Made by a program: the position numbers and the translations under genes. Under the pieces are notes generated by a model, which saw nothing but the letters and a program-made list of their open reading frames with translations, searched no databases and had not been told where the DNA came from. A stretch of 62,984 nt of DNA, counting the filler, from a bacterium (GTDB lineage: Bacteria > JALSQH01): NCBI GenBank assembly GCA_026985515.1. It is 6 parts of 6 records of this genome, joined end to end, with 100 filler letters (N's around TTAATTAATTAA, not from the genome) between each part and the next. Parts side by side here need not be neighbours in the genome. Positions count along the whole stretch, not along the records: positions 17,413 to 34,564 come from JALSQH010000061.1; 5 more parts are not named here. The stretch is one strand, 5' to 3'. Positions 19,925 to 29,571 of the stretch are shown piece by piece (position 1 is the stretch's first letter; each line of letters opens with the position of its first letter).

Positions 19925-21579
19925 TGGAGAGGTTTGGAAATTACATTCTCATAGAGAGGATCGGTTCAGGTGGAATGGCAGAGGTTTATCAGGCTCTGCA
20001 GATGGGGGTTCTGGGCATAGAGAGAATTGTTGCCCTCAAAAGACTTCACGCTTCTTTTTCCGACAATGAGAGATTTGTCAAACTATTTCTTAGGGAAGGG
20101 AAGGTTGCTCTTCAGCTTCACCATCCCAATATTGTTTCAACCTACGACTTTGGGGAAACTGATGGTATCTACTACCTTGCCATGGAATTTATTGAGGGAT
20201 GGGATCTGAGAACTCTGTTTAAACTTGTAACCTCTGAGGGGGAACCTTTTCCCCTTCATGCTTCCCTTTACATAATCCAGAGCGTACTTCGTGCCCTTGA
20301 TTATGCTCACAATCTCAGGGACCTTTCAGGAAAACCTCTCAATGTCGTTCACAGAGATGTTACCCCGGGCAACATCATGATTACCCTGGATGGTGTGGTG
20401 AAACTATCAGATTTTGGTGTGGCAAGGGCTGGTATTTCTGATGGTTACACCCTTGGTGGTTCCATTGTGGGGAAGATCTCATACCTGCCACCTGAGATAG
20501 TTGACGGTAAGTTTGTGGACAGGAGGGGAGATCTATTTTCTCTTGGTGTGGTCTTCCTTGAACTCCTTACGGGGGAGAGGGTTTTCAGGGGTGAAGATTT
20601 TGAGATTATGAGGCAGATAAGAGAGGGATATGCGGAAAAGTTTGTTTCAGAAAGAAACTTTCCGCCACCTCTGAAGGAGATTCTTCTCAAAGCTGTGGCC
20701 ACTGATCCCGCAATGAGATACTCCTCTGCAGGGGAATTCCTGGCAGATCTCAATGAATTTATCTTTCATCACCTCTACCAGGACATTGAAGAGGAATTTA
20801 AGAAGTTTCTCTCCAGATATGTGCCGTCAATCAGAAGAGCATCCTTCAGTGAAAGTGAGGTAATGCAATTGTTTGAAAAGAAAGAGGTAAAAAGGTCTCT
20901 GGAGAAAAAGGAGAAGAAGAAGAGGAAGTATCTGATTCCCATCTTCCTGGTGGTGGTTGCCTCCCTTGTATGGGTGGGAGAGGAGAAGAATCTGTTTCAC
21001 TTCCTTCTGCCTGGCGGAAGGAGAATTTCGGGTATTGTAGGGAATGAGGATGTAAAGCAAAAAGGTAGCGGACAGGAGAAAAAGAGGCAGGTAGCTCATA
21101 AGAAGAAGGTACAGGAAAAGCCAGAATTAGCAGTTATTGTAAAGGAAGCGAGATTACAGAGGAGGAGAAGAAAGGAAAAGAAAGGGAGAAAACTATCTCA
21201 GGTGAGAGAACAGGAAATCAGGGTTCCCCTGGAGAAAAAGGAAAAGCCTGTGAAAAAGGAAACTGAGGAAGAAAAGGTAGGTATCATATCCTCTCAACCA
21301 GCAAGAACAAATTCCTCTGCACCGAAAGAAGTTACAACGGTTACGGTGGTGAGAAAGAAAGCGGGGTATGGTTTTTTCACCATTCTCACCCGGCCCTGGG
21401 CAAAGGTGTATATTGACGGGGAGGATTCAGGAACAACACCTCTCTTCAGATTTAAGCTGAAAGAGGGAGAGCACACTGTAGAGGTCTTCTTTCCAGATAT
21501 CGGGGTAACGAAGAAATTTAAGATTGAAATTGAAAAGGATCAGGAGGTAAAAAAGGTGATAAAGATGGAGGGTGAGTGA
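19921..21579 (+). CDS. Hanks-type Ser/Thr protein kinase with TM and C-terminal PEGA domain
   Basis: GSGGMAEVY, VALK, HPNIV, HRDVTPGN, DFG, GKISYLPPE; TM; TRPWAKVYIDG...GTTPL......GEHTV PEGA motif. Confidence 0.93.
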   Translation: MMERFGNYILIERIGSGGMAEVYQALQMGVLGIERIVALKRLHASFSDNERFVKLFLREGKVALQLHHPNIVSTYDFGETDGIYYLAMEFIEGWDLRTLFKLVTSEGEPFPLHASLYIIQSVLRALDYAHNLRDLSGKPLNVVHRDVTPGNIMITLDGVVKLSDFGVARAGISDGYTLGGSIVGKISYLPPEIVDGKFVDRRGDLFSLGVVFLELLTGERVFRGEDFEIMRQIREGYAEKFVSERNFPPPLKEILLKAVATDPAMRYSSAGEFLADLNEFIFHHLYQDIEEEFKKFLSRYVPSIRRASFSESEVMQLFEKKEVKRSLEKKEKKKRKYLIPIFLVVVASLVWVGEEKNLFHFLLPGGRRISGIVGNEDVKQKGSGQEKKRQVAHKKKVQEKPELAVIVKEARLQRRRRKEKKGRKLSQVREQEIRVPLEKKEKPVKKETEEEKVGIISSQPARTNSSAPKEVTTVTVVRKKAGYGFFTILTRPWAKVYIDGEDSGTTPLFRFKLKEGEHTVEVFFPDIGVTKKFKIEIEKDQEVKKVIKMEGE

Positions 21580-21977
21580 TGAAGAAGGTTTTACCGGCAA
21601 TTCTTGCAATTCTAATTTTAACTTCCTGCGGAAGGTTACCGGGAGGAGTTGAATTTAAAATTGAAGAAAACGCAGTCCAGGGAAATTTTAAAGTGATGGC
21701 TGAGAGTGAAAGGAACTACTACTGCCACGATCCGGTATCTGTGGCAGATAGAATTGTTGTGACTCTCAAAGGGGAAAATTATTACCACGTTTTCACCCTT
21801 TCCCCTTCCCATACACTTAAAGTAACGAACCTTGATGAGGGGAGTTACAGTGCAACTGTGGTGATTTACAGGGGAGAGTTGATTATTGCCTGGGGAGAGA
21901 GCGGAGATTTCAGAGTCCATGAGGGAAAAATAAAAGAGGTAAAAATTGCACTTGTCTGCCAGGAGGAGTGGCAATGA
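21576..21977 (+). CDS. Hypothetical small lipoprotein, beta-sandwich-like
   Basis: LTSC lipobox; 4-nt overlap with the kinase stop. Confidence 0.75.
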   Translation: MMKKVLPAILAILILTSCGRLPGGVEFKIEENAVQGNFKVMAESERNYYCHDPVSVADRIVVTLKGENYYHVFTLSPSHTLKVTNLDEGSYSATVVIYRGELIIAWGESGDFRVHEGKIKEVKIALVCQEEWQ

Positions 21978-23041
21978 GAGGAAAAATTGTGATGCCATTT
22001 CTGATTTTATTCATCAGTAAAGTTCTCTTCTCCTTTGAATTGAGGGTTGTTCCATTTTCTCCCTCAATTACGGAAGCTGAGATGCTCTCACTTGCTGATA
22101 AGGTTACTTCTGCTTCCATCAGGTACTATCTATCAAGGCCCCATGGTGTAAAAAGTTTGTTCGAGTTTTACGATAGCATAAAAGAGAATTTTATTGCTCT
22201 GAATTATTCGGAGGTTTCCACAACCTGCACATCAGCCCTGAGGACAGCTTCATCCCATCTTAGAGATGTTGCTGAGTGGGAAACTCTCCACAAAATTTTA
22301 CGATTCTGTGCTGTAACATACTTTGGAATGAGGGAGAGTGCAAAACTTGATCAAGTTCTCTGGGCACTGATAAGGTGGTTCCCCGACGATAACTTTTCCG
22401 GTAAAAACATTCCTCCAGACCTGAGATTACGCTGGAAAAAGCTTAGAGGCGAAATTCCATTCTATCTTGTTAAATTCTCCTCTCCTGTCAGTGGGGTGAC
22501 TCTGGAGGTAGATGGAAGAGTTGTCAGAGGAGAAGAGGTAAAACTTCCCCAGGGTCCTCACCAGATTTACTGGCATACATCCTATGAGAGCGATGTCTTT
22601 GTAAAGGATATTTATGCTCCCATTGAAATAAAACTTACCCCCATCCCCCTTGATCTCACACTTCTGAGGAGCATCGTTATGGAGAAGGGGTGGTGTAGCA
22701 GAAAAATCAGGGATCTCTTTGACTATTACTCCGGTGAATCTCCCCTCCTCTTTTATTCACCTGATCTGCAGGATAGATATGCCCTTGTTGATCCGGTGGT
22801 TAAAGGCGTGATAATTCATGGGGGAGATGAAGTAATTCCCAGATTAAATGAGATACTTGAAAAGATGAGTTCAATTGAGTATGTTCCTCCTTTATCCTGC
22901 TCATGGAAGAATCCTCCATTTTACAAAACCTGGTGGTTTTACATGGGAATAGGCATTCTCACCGGTGGAGGTGGATATGGAGGTTACTACCTCTGGAAGA
23001 GGGACAGGAGTGAAAACACAGGCGTAATCCTCTCTTGGTGA
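21968..23041 (+). CDS. Hypothetical exported protein with PEGA-like domain and C-terminal aromatic/Gly-rich membrane segment
   Basis: Signal peptide; S.P.SG.TLEVDG......LPQGPHQI PEGA-like stretch; PFYKTWWFYMGIGILTGGGG tail. Confidence 0.7.
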   Translation: MAMRGKIVMPFLILFISKVLFSFELRVVPFSPSITEAEMLSLADKVTSASIRYYLSRPHGVKSLFEFYDSIKENFIALNYSEVSTTCTSALRTASSHLRDVAEWETLHKILRFCAVTYFGMRESAKLDQVLWALIRWFPDDNFSGKNIPPDLRLRWKKLRGEIPFYLVKFSSPVSGVTLEVDGRVVRGEEVKLPQGPHQIYWHTSYESDVFVKDIYAPIEIKLTPIPLDLTLLRSIVMEKGWCSRKIRDLFDYYSGESPLLFYSPDLQDRYALVDPVVKGVIIHGGDEVIPRLNEILEKMSSIEYVPPLSCSWKNPPFYKTWWFYMGIGILTGGGGYGGYYLWKRDRSENTGVILSW

Positions 23042-23123
23042 TTTGAAGACAACTTCTTTTTATGGTATAAAAGGAGTGGTACATAAATTGCTCATTTTTT
23101 CAAAAGAAAAAAGGAGGGGTCCT

Positions 23124-26100
23124 GTGAGAAAAGTTTTTGTACCTGTTTTTATCATGGTTGTAATGGTATCTTTCTCTCTTTCATCCTGTGGTGGATCAAA
23201 GAAGAAAGGGAAAGGTGGTAATGTCTCTGGTGTGACAGAACTGTCAGAGGTGGAGAACCTTGCTGTGACACCTCTTCCAGAGGGAGGGAAGTTAAAATTA
23301 ACATGGAAGATGCCAGATGACAGCAGGGTAAAAGGTGTTGTAATTGTGAGGAAGGTGAATTCTGAACCTTCAGACCTCAGTGATGGGGAACAGGTGTATT
23401 CTGGCAGTGCCACTGAGTTTACAGATACAGGCCTCACCAATGGTGTGAAGTATTTTTACAGGGTTGCTACAACGGATGGAAAGGGCAATTTCTCCGAAGG
23501 TGTGGTCGTGAGTGGGGTACCCCTGGATACGGTTCCCCCACCGGATGTTTCAAATGTACAGGTGATCACTGCACCTGAGGGAAGTGCTTTACTTCTCATC
23601 TGGCAGAATCCCGCTGATCCGGAGTTTCAGGGGGTTAAAATTGTCAGGAAAACCGGCTCTGCCCCAACTTCTGTAAGTGATGGAACGGTTGTTTATACCG
23701 GAAACAGCGAGGAGTTTAAGGACACGGGTCTGGTCAATGGGACTCTTTACTACTACAGAATTTTCTCCTATGACGATGATGGAAACTACTCGGATGGCGT
23801 TATTGTGGCGGGAACTCCCCAGGATCTTCCTCCTCCACCTGTGGGGGAATTCAGGGTAACCGTGGATCCAGCAGGGAATACACTTCTTCTCTCATGGAGC
23901 AATCCAGATGTCCCCGATTTCAACGGGATAAAGATATTGAGGAAGGAAAACACAGTCCCCGATAGCTGCAACGACAGTGACGCTGATGAGGTCTACAACA
24001 GCAATGCAACTGATGTGTCTTCCTATACCGATTCTTTTCTCACCGATGATCAGCTCTACTGCTATGGTGTGTGTTCGATTGATGCTGCAGGTCAATTTTC
24101 AAGCATGGTGACTGCCTGTGCCATCCCCCATGATAGTCTACCTCCCTCTCAGGTTTATGCCATCGGGGTGACGGTGGTGCCTGAGGGAAATATTCTTGAG
24201 CTGTACTGGAGTGAACCTTCCGATGATGATTATATGGGTGTGCTTGTTTTGAGGGGTAGAGATGGTTACTGTCCCACTGCAACCAACGATACCTACCCCG
24301 GGGTTGTTACAGTTGGAGTTTTCAACACAGGAACAGCATATTTTAAAGATACAGGACTCGAAAATGATGTTGATTACTGCTACAGTTTCTTCAGCTTTGA
24401 CGAGGTGCCCAATTATTCTGCACCTGCTCAGTTTCACGCAACTCCCCACGATTCCGTGCCCCCTGAGGGACCTGATGATGCCAAATCTGCTCCCACATTT
24501 TTTGGAAATATAGTGGCATGGCATATGAGTACAACTGACGATGTGAGTGGTTATCTGGTGCTTGCCAGGAGCGACAGATATCCCACAGGGGCAACTGATC
24601 CTGAGGCAAGGGTTGTTTACAGAGGCTATCTTGAAAGCGACTCGTCCAGTTTTTACAGTGTCAATGACACAGGTGCTTCCCTTGATACACTATGGTACTA
24701 CTCCATCTATTCCTATGATGAAACTCCCAATTACTCAACTCCAGCCTATGCCAAATCTGGACTTTTCCTTCACGCTGTTGATTCTGTGGGGGTATCGGGT
24801 CTGATAAGCAAAATGGTACCTTACAGAAGTGGATACGCAATTTTCTATACCGATTCAAAGACGAGGGAGGGACTTAAGGTTGCCTACAATCCCGATGACT
24901 TTAATTTTGCCGGTTCCTCCTTTGCGACTGTCACCACCCAGCCAGTTTCATCCTTTGATGTGACGGATGATGGAAGTGGGGGTTACTATGTATCTCTCTT
25001 TTCCCTGTGGGATAAAGCCGGATTGAATCTCTACCACTTTGACGGAAATGTGACTTATGTGAGAAGAATCACCACAATTGCAGATATAGATTCAAACAGC
25101 AGATTCTCAGTCTACTTCGCAACCTCCCTGTACAGGGAAGGGGATAATCTCCACTTCTTCTACTTTGAGGTAACACATGAGGTTACCCTCACAGAGGCAG
25201 TTTACAACACAGTGAGTGGTACCCTGAGTTATAAAAGGGAGATAACCACCGCTCCGGCTGATTACATTCCCCTGAAAATCGTTGCAAGATACAATCCAGT
25301 CTCAAACAGGGGTGAGGTTGTATGTTACTACTTCAGCTTCAGCATACCTGCTGCGCAGATTGTGTATGGAAGGGAAGATAATGGCAACTGGAGCTTTTTC
25401 ACTGTTGATCAGAATAGCGGTTACACCCTCTCCCCACCTGCCTTTGAGATCTCTGACAGTGGGAAGGGGTACATTTTCTACAGGAGAAATGAGGCTGACT
25501 ATACCTTCAGAGGAGTTCTCAAGATTTATCCTGAAGATTCAACTATTCCCACCGTCCAGACCTTTGGTAAGGAGTACAGCATAAATAAAGCACTGCTCCT
25601 CAACTCTCCTGCGATCGTGCTTGATGGGGACAGATGGGAGGTGGTGAGGTATGTGAATGAAAGTGGTATCATTTTTACTGAGGGAGAACTGACTGGCTTG
25701 TATATGGATGGAGCAAATCCTGTAACAGTTACTATTGAAAATTATCCAGATTTTCTCAATAGAGCATTTGATTATCCTTTGTTGGGGGTGAAAAGTACTT
25801 CAGCCTTTATCTCTTCTGGCGGAAAGCTTTTCATCTCTGCCTGGAATCAGGATTTGAAGAGTTACGAGGGAGTACCCTTTTCATCAGATCCATTCAGTGC
25901 AAGTGTGATTGAGGAGAATCAGGATTACCATCTTCCTTTGCTGCCTGTTATAAGAAATGGTGGATTTGACCTCTTTGAGGATGAAACAGGTAATGTGAAT
26001 GTAATGGCAAGTGGGTTTAAGAGGGGTGGAGCAGGTGTTTATGGATTACAGATTTCTGCATCTGTAGCGAAAATCGGCAGTAGCGCATCTGGTTTTAATA

Positions 26101-27035
26101 TATTTGATTCTGATTATATCTCTACCAGCAATGGAAAAAGATTTTTTATCTCCGTAGGAGTGAGTGACGGCAGTGACCTTGTTTTTTACTCGAGCGGGGA
26201 AGATAAGTCTAATTATTCTTCAAAAACCATTGCCTCCAGTGTCAATCCTGCCTTTGCCTCCCTTGCCTATGTACCCAGTATTGGAAGTGGTACCAGTGAC
26301 AGGGTGATTGTGGCGTACATTGATAATTCCAGGAATGTTTCTCTCTGTCAGTCTGATTATACTGTTGGTTCTGGATGGGGAGATTTTACATGTAACTCTC
26401 TAAGCCTTGGAGCAACGCCTTCAGCCATTCTTCTTGATATAGAGGGATTCTGGAATGGAAGTGACTTTACTGCCGACCTGGTCTATACAGCTCTCGGGAG
26501 AATTAGATTGGCTGAAATTGTTAATGGAACCGTGTCAGATGATAGTCCTTTATCAATACCCGGTGGGACTAAACCGTATATTCTGAGGTATGGCGATCCC
26601 TCTGATCCAGGTATTGCAGTGGTGGGTTATTCAACCTCAACTGGAGACTTCTTTGTGAGAAGTATAAGGTCTGATTCTTTTTCCTCTTCACTTCCCGATG
26701 GTAGAATGCTCCCCTGTGACGATTCTCCATCCTATGCACCTGGCAATAGGGATATGCCTCCCCAGCTTCTCTATGTATTCAATGGAACCACCTACGACAG
26801 GAGCGTATTCTACATCAAAGATAACACCCTCTACATGGGTGTTGAGGTACCTGAGCTGGGATGCTGGTTCTACAATATTCCCCTTGCACTCTTCGTAAAC
26901 GGAGATCAGGACTATCTCAGAGCTGACTCTGTTTATGGAACTGGTGTTGATCACTATGTGGCAGGGTTTGCACCTCAGATTCTCTTCAGAAATAGCGGAA
27001 CTCCATTCTATCTCGACATATATCTCACAAGATAA
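23124..27035 (+). CDS. Large surface lipoprotein with about five tandem FN3-like repeats and a beta-rich C-terminal region
   Basis: SD AGGAGG before GTG 23124; LSSC lipobox; repeats of L.W..P.D....GV.I.RK....P....DG..VY......F.DTGL.NG..Y.Y..F..D...NYS. Confidence 0.85.
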   Translation: MRKVFVPVFIMVVMVSFSLSSCGGSKKKGKGGNVSGVTELSEVENLAVTPLPEGGKLKLTWKMPDDSRVKGVVIVRKVNSEPSDLSDGEQVYSGSATEFTDTGLTNGVKYFYRVATTDGKGNFSEGVVVSGVPLDTVPPPDVSNVQVITAPEGSALLLIWQNPADPEFQGVKIVRKTGSAPTSVSDGTVVYTGNSEEFKDTGLVNGTLYYYRIFSYDDDGNYSDGVIVAGTPQDLPPPPVGEFRVTVDPAGNTLLLSWSNPDVPDFNGIKILRKENTVPDSCNDSDADEVYNSNATDVSSYTDSFLTDDQLYCYGVCSIDAAGQFSSMVTACAIPHDSLPPSQVYAIGVTVVPEGNILELYWSEPSDDDYMGVLVLRGRDGYCPTATNDTYPGVVTVGVFNTGTAYFKDTGLENDVDYCYSFFSFDEVPNYSAPAQFHATPHDSVPPEGPDDAKSAPTFFGNIVAWHMSTTDDVSGYLVLARSDRYPTGATDPEARVVYRGYLESDSSSFYSVNDTGASLDTLWYYSIYSYDETPNYSTPAYAKSGLFLHAVDSVGVSGLISKMVPYRSGYAIFYTDSKTREGLKVAYNPDDFNFAGSSFATVTTQPVSSFDVTDDGSGGYYVSLFSLWDKAGLNLYHFDGNVTYVRRITTIADIDSNSRFSVYFATSLYREGDNLHFFYFEVTHEVTLTEAVYNTVSGTLSYKREITTAPADYIPLKIVARYNPVSNRGEVVCYYFSFSIPAAQIVYGREDNGNWSFFTVDQNSGYTLSPPAFEISDSGKGYIFYRRNEADYTFRGVLKIYPEDSTIPTVQTFGKEYSINKALLLNSPAIVLDGDRWEVVRYVNESGIIFTEGELTGLYMDGANPVTVTIENYPDFLNRAFDYPLLGVKSTSAFISSGGKLFISAWNQDLKSYEGVPFSSDPFSASVIEENQDYHLPLLPVIRNGGFDLFEDETGNVNVMASGFKRGGAGVYGLQISASVAKIGSSASGFNIFDSDYISTSNGKRFFISVGVSDGSDLVFYSSGEDKSNYSSKTIASSVNPAFASLAYVPSIGSGTSDRVIVAYIDNSRNVSLCQSDYTVGSGWGDFTCNSLSLGATPSAILLDIEGFWNGSDFTADLVYTALGRIRLAEIVNGTVSDDSPLSIPGGTKPYILRYGDPSDPGIAVVGYSTSTGDFFVRSIRSDSFSSSLPDGRMLPCDDSPSYAPGNRDMPPQLLYVFNGTTYDRSVFYIKDNTLYMGVEVPELGCWFYNIPLALFVNGDQDYLRADSVYGTGVDHYVAGFAPQILFRNSGTPFYLDIYLTR

Positions 27036-27064
27036 GAGGGGGTGGTTTCCCCCCTTTTTTTTGT
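27034..27064 (+). terminator. Rho-independent terminator after the FN3 lipoprotein
   Basis: AGGGGG...CCCCCT stem followed by a T-run directly after the TAA. Confidence 0.7.
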
Positions 27065-27101
27065 TTTCAGAAAATCCGCTCTGAATAGTGGTAAATTTAA
27101 C

Positions 27102-27129
27102 TTGACATCATCAATAATTGTCGTAAAAT
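27102..27129 (+). promoter_or_regulatory. Sigma70-type promoter
   Basis: TTGACA-N16-TAAAAT, then GGAGG SD before the 27152/27155 start. Confidence 0.65.
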
Positions 27130-27151
27130 TTGCAAGAAAAATCTGGAGGCT

Positions 27152-27850
27152 GTGATGGACGAAGTTTTTGAACTTGGTGAAGAGGTGGGGGATTTACTCG
27201 TAAAACATACGCCACTTTCATTGACTCTGGTTAAGCAAAAGATTTTGCGATTTGTAAAGACTTATGGTCTTGTGAGACATCCCGTTCTTTTTCAGATAAT
27301 TGCCCTTTATGCAGGTTATTCCGGAAAGAGGAGGAGTGCGGAAAGGTTCTTTGATCTGGCGATGGATCTGTGTGAGGATGAAGACATGTTTATTGAACTG
27401 ATCATAAACAGGATAATCTATTACCTGGAGATTGGGGAGAGAGATGAGGGGAAGGAGTTACTTTCTGAAGCAAAGGAGGAGTTCCCTGATTGTGGAAAGT
27501 TACGTTTACTTGAAGTTGATATTGCCATCCGTGAGCAAGACTGGAGAAAAATCACTGAATTTATTGGTAACTCAAGAGGTCTTGACAGGATGTTAAGGGA
27601 GATGAGCCTTGCTGGGCTTTTTTACAAAAATGGTGATGTTAAAACAAGTATGGTGATTCTCCAGAGTGTGTTGAGTTCAAGGATTCTTCTTCTCAGAAGG
27701 AGGGGGAAAAATAATTTCAGGGAAAATCATGAGGAGTCACTCCGTTTAATGGAGAAAGTGGCCAATCTTATCTCCCCCTACGGGTATGAAGCTTTTGTGA
27801 CATTTAAGAACAGAATGAAGGGAAGGAAAAATCTCCTTCAATTTGAATGA
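27152..27850 (+). CDS. Hypothetical helical (TPR-like) protein
   Basis: 232-aa ORF with SD and promoter; amphipathic helical pattern; no recognised motif. Confidence 0.65.
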   Translation: MMDEVFELGEEVGDLLVKHTPLSLTLVKQKILRFVKTYGLVRHPVLFQIIALYAGYSGKRRSAERFFDLAMDLCEDEDMFIELIINRIIYYLEIGERDEGKELLSEAKEEFPDCGKLRLLEVDIAIREQDWRKITEFIGNSRGLDRMLREMSLAGLFYKNGDVKTSMVILQSVLSSRILLLRRRGKNNFRENHEESLRLMEKVANLISPYGYEAFVTFKNRMKGRKNLLQFE

Positions 27851-27892
27851 GTTAATTTTAAAAAGTGTCACTTTTATGGTAAAATAGCACTG

Positions 27893-28609
27893 GTGGGTTT
27901 TCCTTTTGTTAGAAAGTTATTGGTAATAATTTTTATTTCACTGTATATCACCACTTCCCTCTATTCAGATGCAATTTTTGGTGTGGGAGGTGTGGAACCA
28001 AGGCTAACATGGAGGTTACTGTCAAAATTAAAGGCAGACGTATATTTTCAAAATTTTGATGACCCCTGGATTGAGCATGTGGAGAATTTTAAAAAGATTG
28101 GGAGAAGGGTCATAGTAGTTTTAATGGGTCCGGAGGGGGAAAGAGGAAGTTTTCTCCTATCAAAAAGGGGAATTTATCCAGATTATCTCATGCTCATCAA
28201 TCCCGGCTGCCTGAAGTTACCATCCCACCTTAAACTGGTTTACTTTCCCCTGCTCTTTAATCTCTTCTTCCCCATTACTGGTAAGTGGTGGCTTGATGAA
28301 TTTTTCAGCTACATCTTCTCAGATGGAAAGGCTGAGGAGATTATATTTCGGTCATACCTGTATTACTGGGGAAGACGGGGCAGGAGAATCCCTGATTTTT
28401 TCAGATGCAATTTTTCCCCATTTCTTTATGGAGGGAAAGTTTTAATAGTTTGGGACCCGGATCTTGCAGGTTTTGAGAAGGCAAAGGGTGAATATTTTGC
28501 AGATAAACGAATCTTTGAATTGCCGGGAAGCGGGTTCTTCATTCAGGAGAGCAACCCCTGGTATTTAATTGCAATTTTAAATTCCATTATTTTCAGGAGG
28601 ATCAGATGA
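27893..28609 (+). CDS. Hypothetical protein, possibly a degenerate alpha/beta-hydrolase fold
   Basis: Signal-like N-terminus; YPD.LMLINP, KVLIVW..D and LPGSG(F)FIQE..P resemble hydrolase segments, but the nucleophile GxSxG and the catalytic His are missing. Confidence 0.5.
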   Translation: MGFPFVRKLLVIIFISLYITTSLYSDAIFGVGGVEPRLTWRLLSKLKADVYFQNFDDPWIEHVENFKKIGRRVIVVLMGPEGERGSFLLSKRGIYPDYLMLINPGCLKLPSHLKLVYFPLLFNLFFPITGKWWLDEFFSYIFSDGKAEEIIFRSYLYYWGRRGRRIPDFFRCNFSPFLYGGKVLIVWDPDLAGFEKAKGEYFADKRIFELPGSGFFIQESNPWYLIAILNSIIFRRIR

Positions 28610-29571
28610 AAAAGGTCCTTGTAACGGGAGCCACAGGCTTCATTGGGAGGAATCTTGTGGAAGAACTTCTTAGAAATGGGTATGAGGTCAGGGTACTGGT
28701 TAGAAAGAAAGGGAAGGTGGAGTGGTGTGGTGAGGTTGAGGAAGTGGTAGGAGATGTACTTGTGTATGATACTCTATCCCCTGCTTTTGAGGGAGTGGAT
28801 GGAGTTTTTCACCTGGCGGGAGTAATTTCCACAAGAAGAAGAGATGAGAAGTTTATGTATGAAATCAATTACATTGGAGCTAAAAATGTTTTTGAAAATG
28901 CACTGAAAGCAGGTGTAAAAAGATTTCTCTACCTTGCCTCCATTTTTGCTCTTGGTGTGGGAAACAGAGAGCACCCGGCAGATGAGAATGTTAAATACAA
29001 TCTTGGTCATTTAAAAATTGCGTACTTCAGAGCCAAGAGGGCTGCAGAGATGGAATCAATTAACTATCTGGATAGGGGGTTACCGGTAATTTATGTCTAT
29101 CCAACTTTCTGTCTCGGTCCCGGCGATGAGTATATATCCTCCTCCAGATTACTGGTGGAATTTATGAGGGGGAGGATCCCTGCAGCAGCTCCAGGGGGAT
29201 TCAATGTGATTGATGTGAGAGATACCGCAAGGGGATTGAGGTTGGGGTATGAAAAGGGAAAGGTAGGTGAGAGGTATATTATTGGCGGTACCAACATTAC
29301 CTACTTTGATTTTCTCAGAGAGGTGGCCAGATTGACGGGGAGAAGCCCCCCCCGATTTATTGTTCCCGCTCCAGTAATAAGAATTGCGGGAGAAGTGATG
29401 GACGTGCTGCTCAAAAATCCTCCCATTGATCATGGAGTTGGGCTGATGGCAGGTTACTACTGGTACTACGACGATTCAAAGTCGCGGAGAGAACTGGGGC
29501 ATACGAGCAGGCCACTTTCAGAGACAATTGTTGATGCAGTCAGGTGGTTCAGGGACAGAGGTTATTTTTGA
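28606..29571 (+). CDS. Extended SDR NAD-dependent epimerase/dehydratase (HpnA/dihydroflavonol-reductase-like)
   Basis: VLVTGATGFIG, VFHLAG, YFRAK (YxxxK), GPGD, IDVRD.A.G, GERYI. Confidence 0.9.
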   Translation: MKKVLVTGATGFIGRNLVEELLRNGYEVRVLVRKKGKVEWCGEVEEVVGDVLVYDTLSPAFEGVDGVFHLAGVISTRRRDEKFMYEINYIGAKNVFENALKAGVKRFLYLASIFALGVGNREHPADENVKYNLGHLKIAYFRAKRAAEMESINYLDRGLPVIYVYPTFCLGPGDEYISSSRLLVEFMRGRIPAAAPGGFNVIDVRDTARGLRLGYEKGKVGERYIIGGTNITYFDFLREVARLTGRSPPRFIVPAPVIRIAGEVMDVLLKNPPIDHGVGLMAGYYWYYDDSKSRRELGHTSRPLSETIVDAVRWFRDRGYF

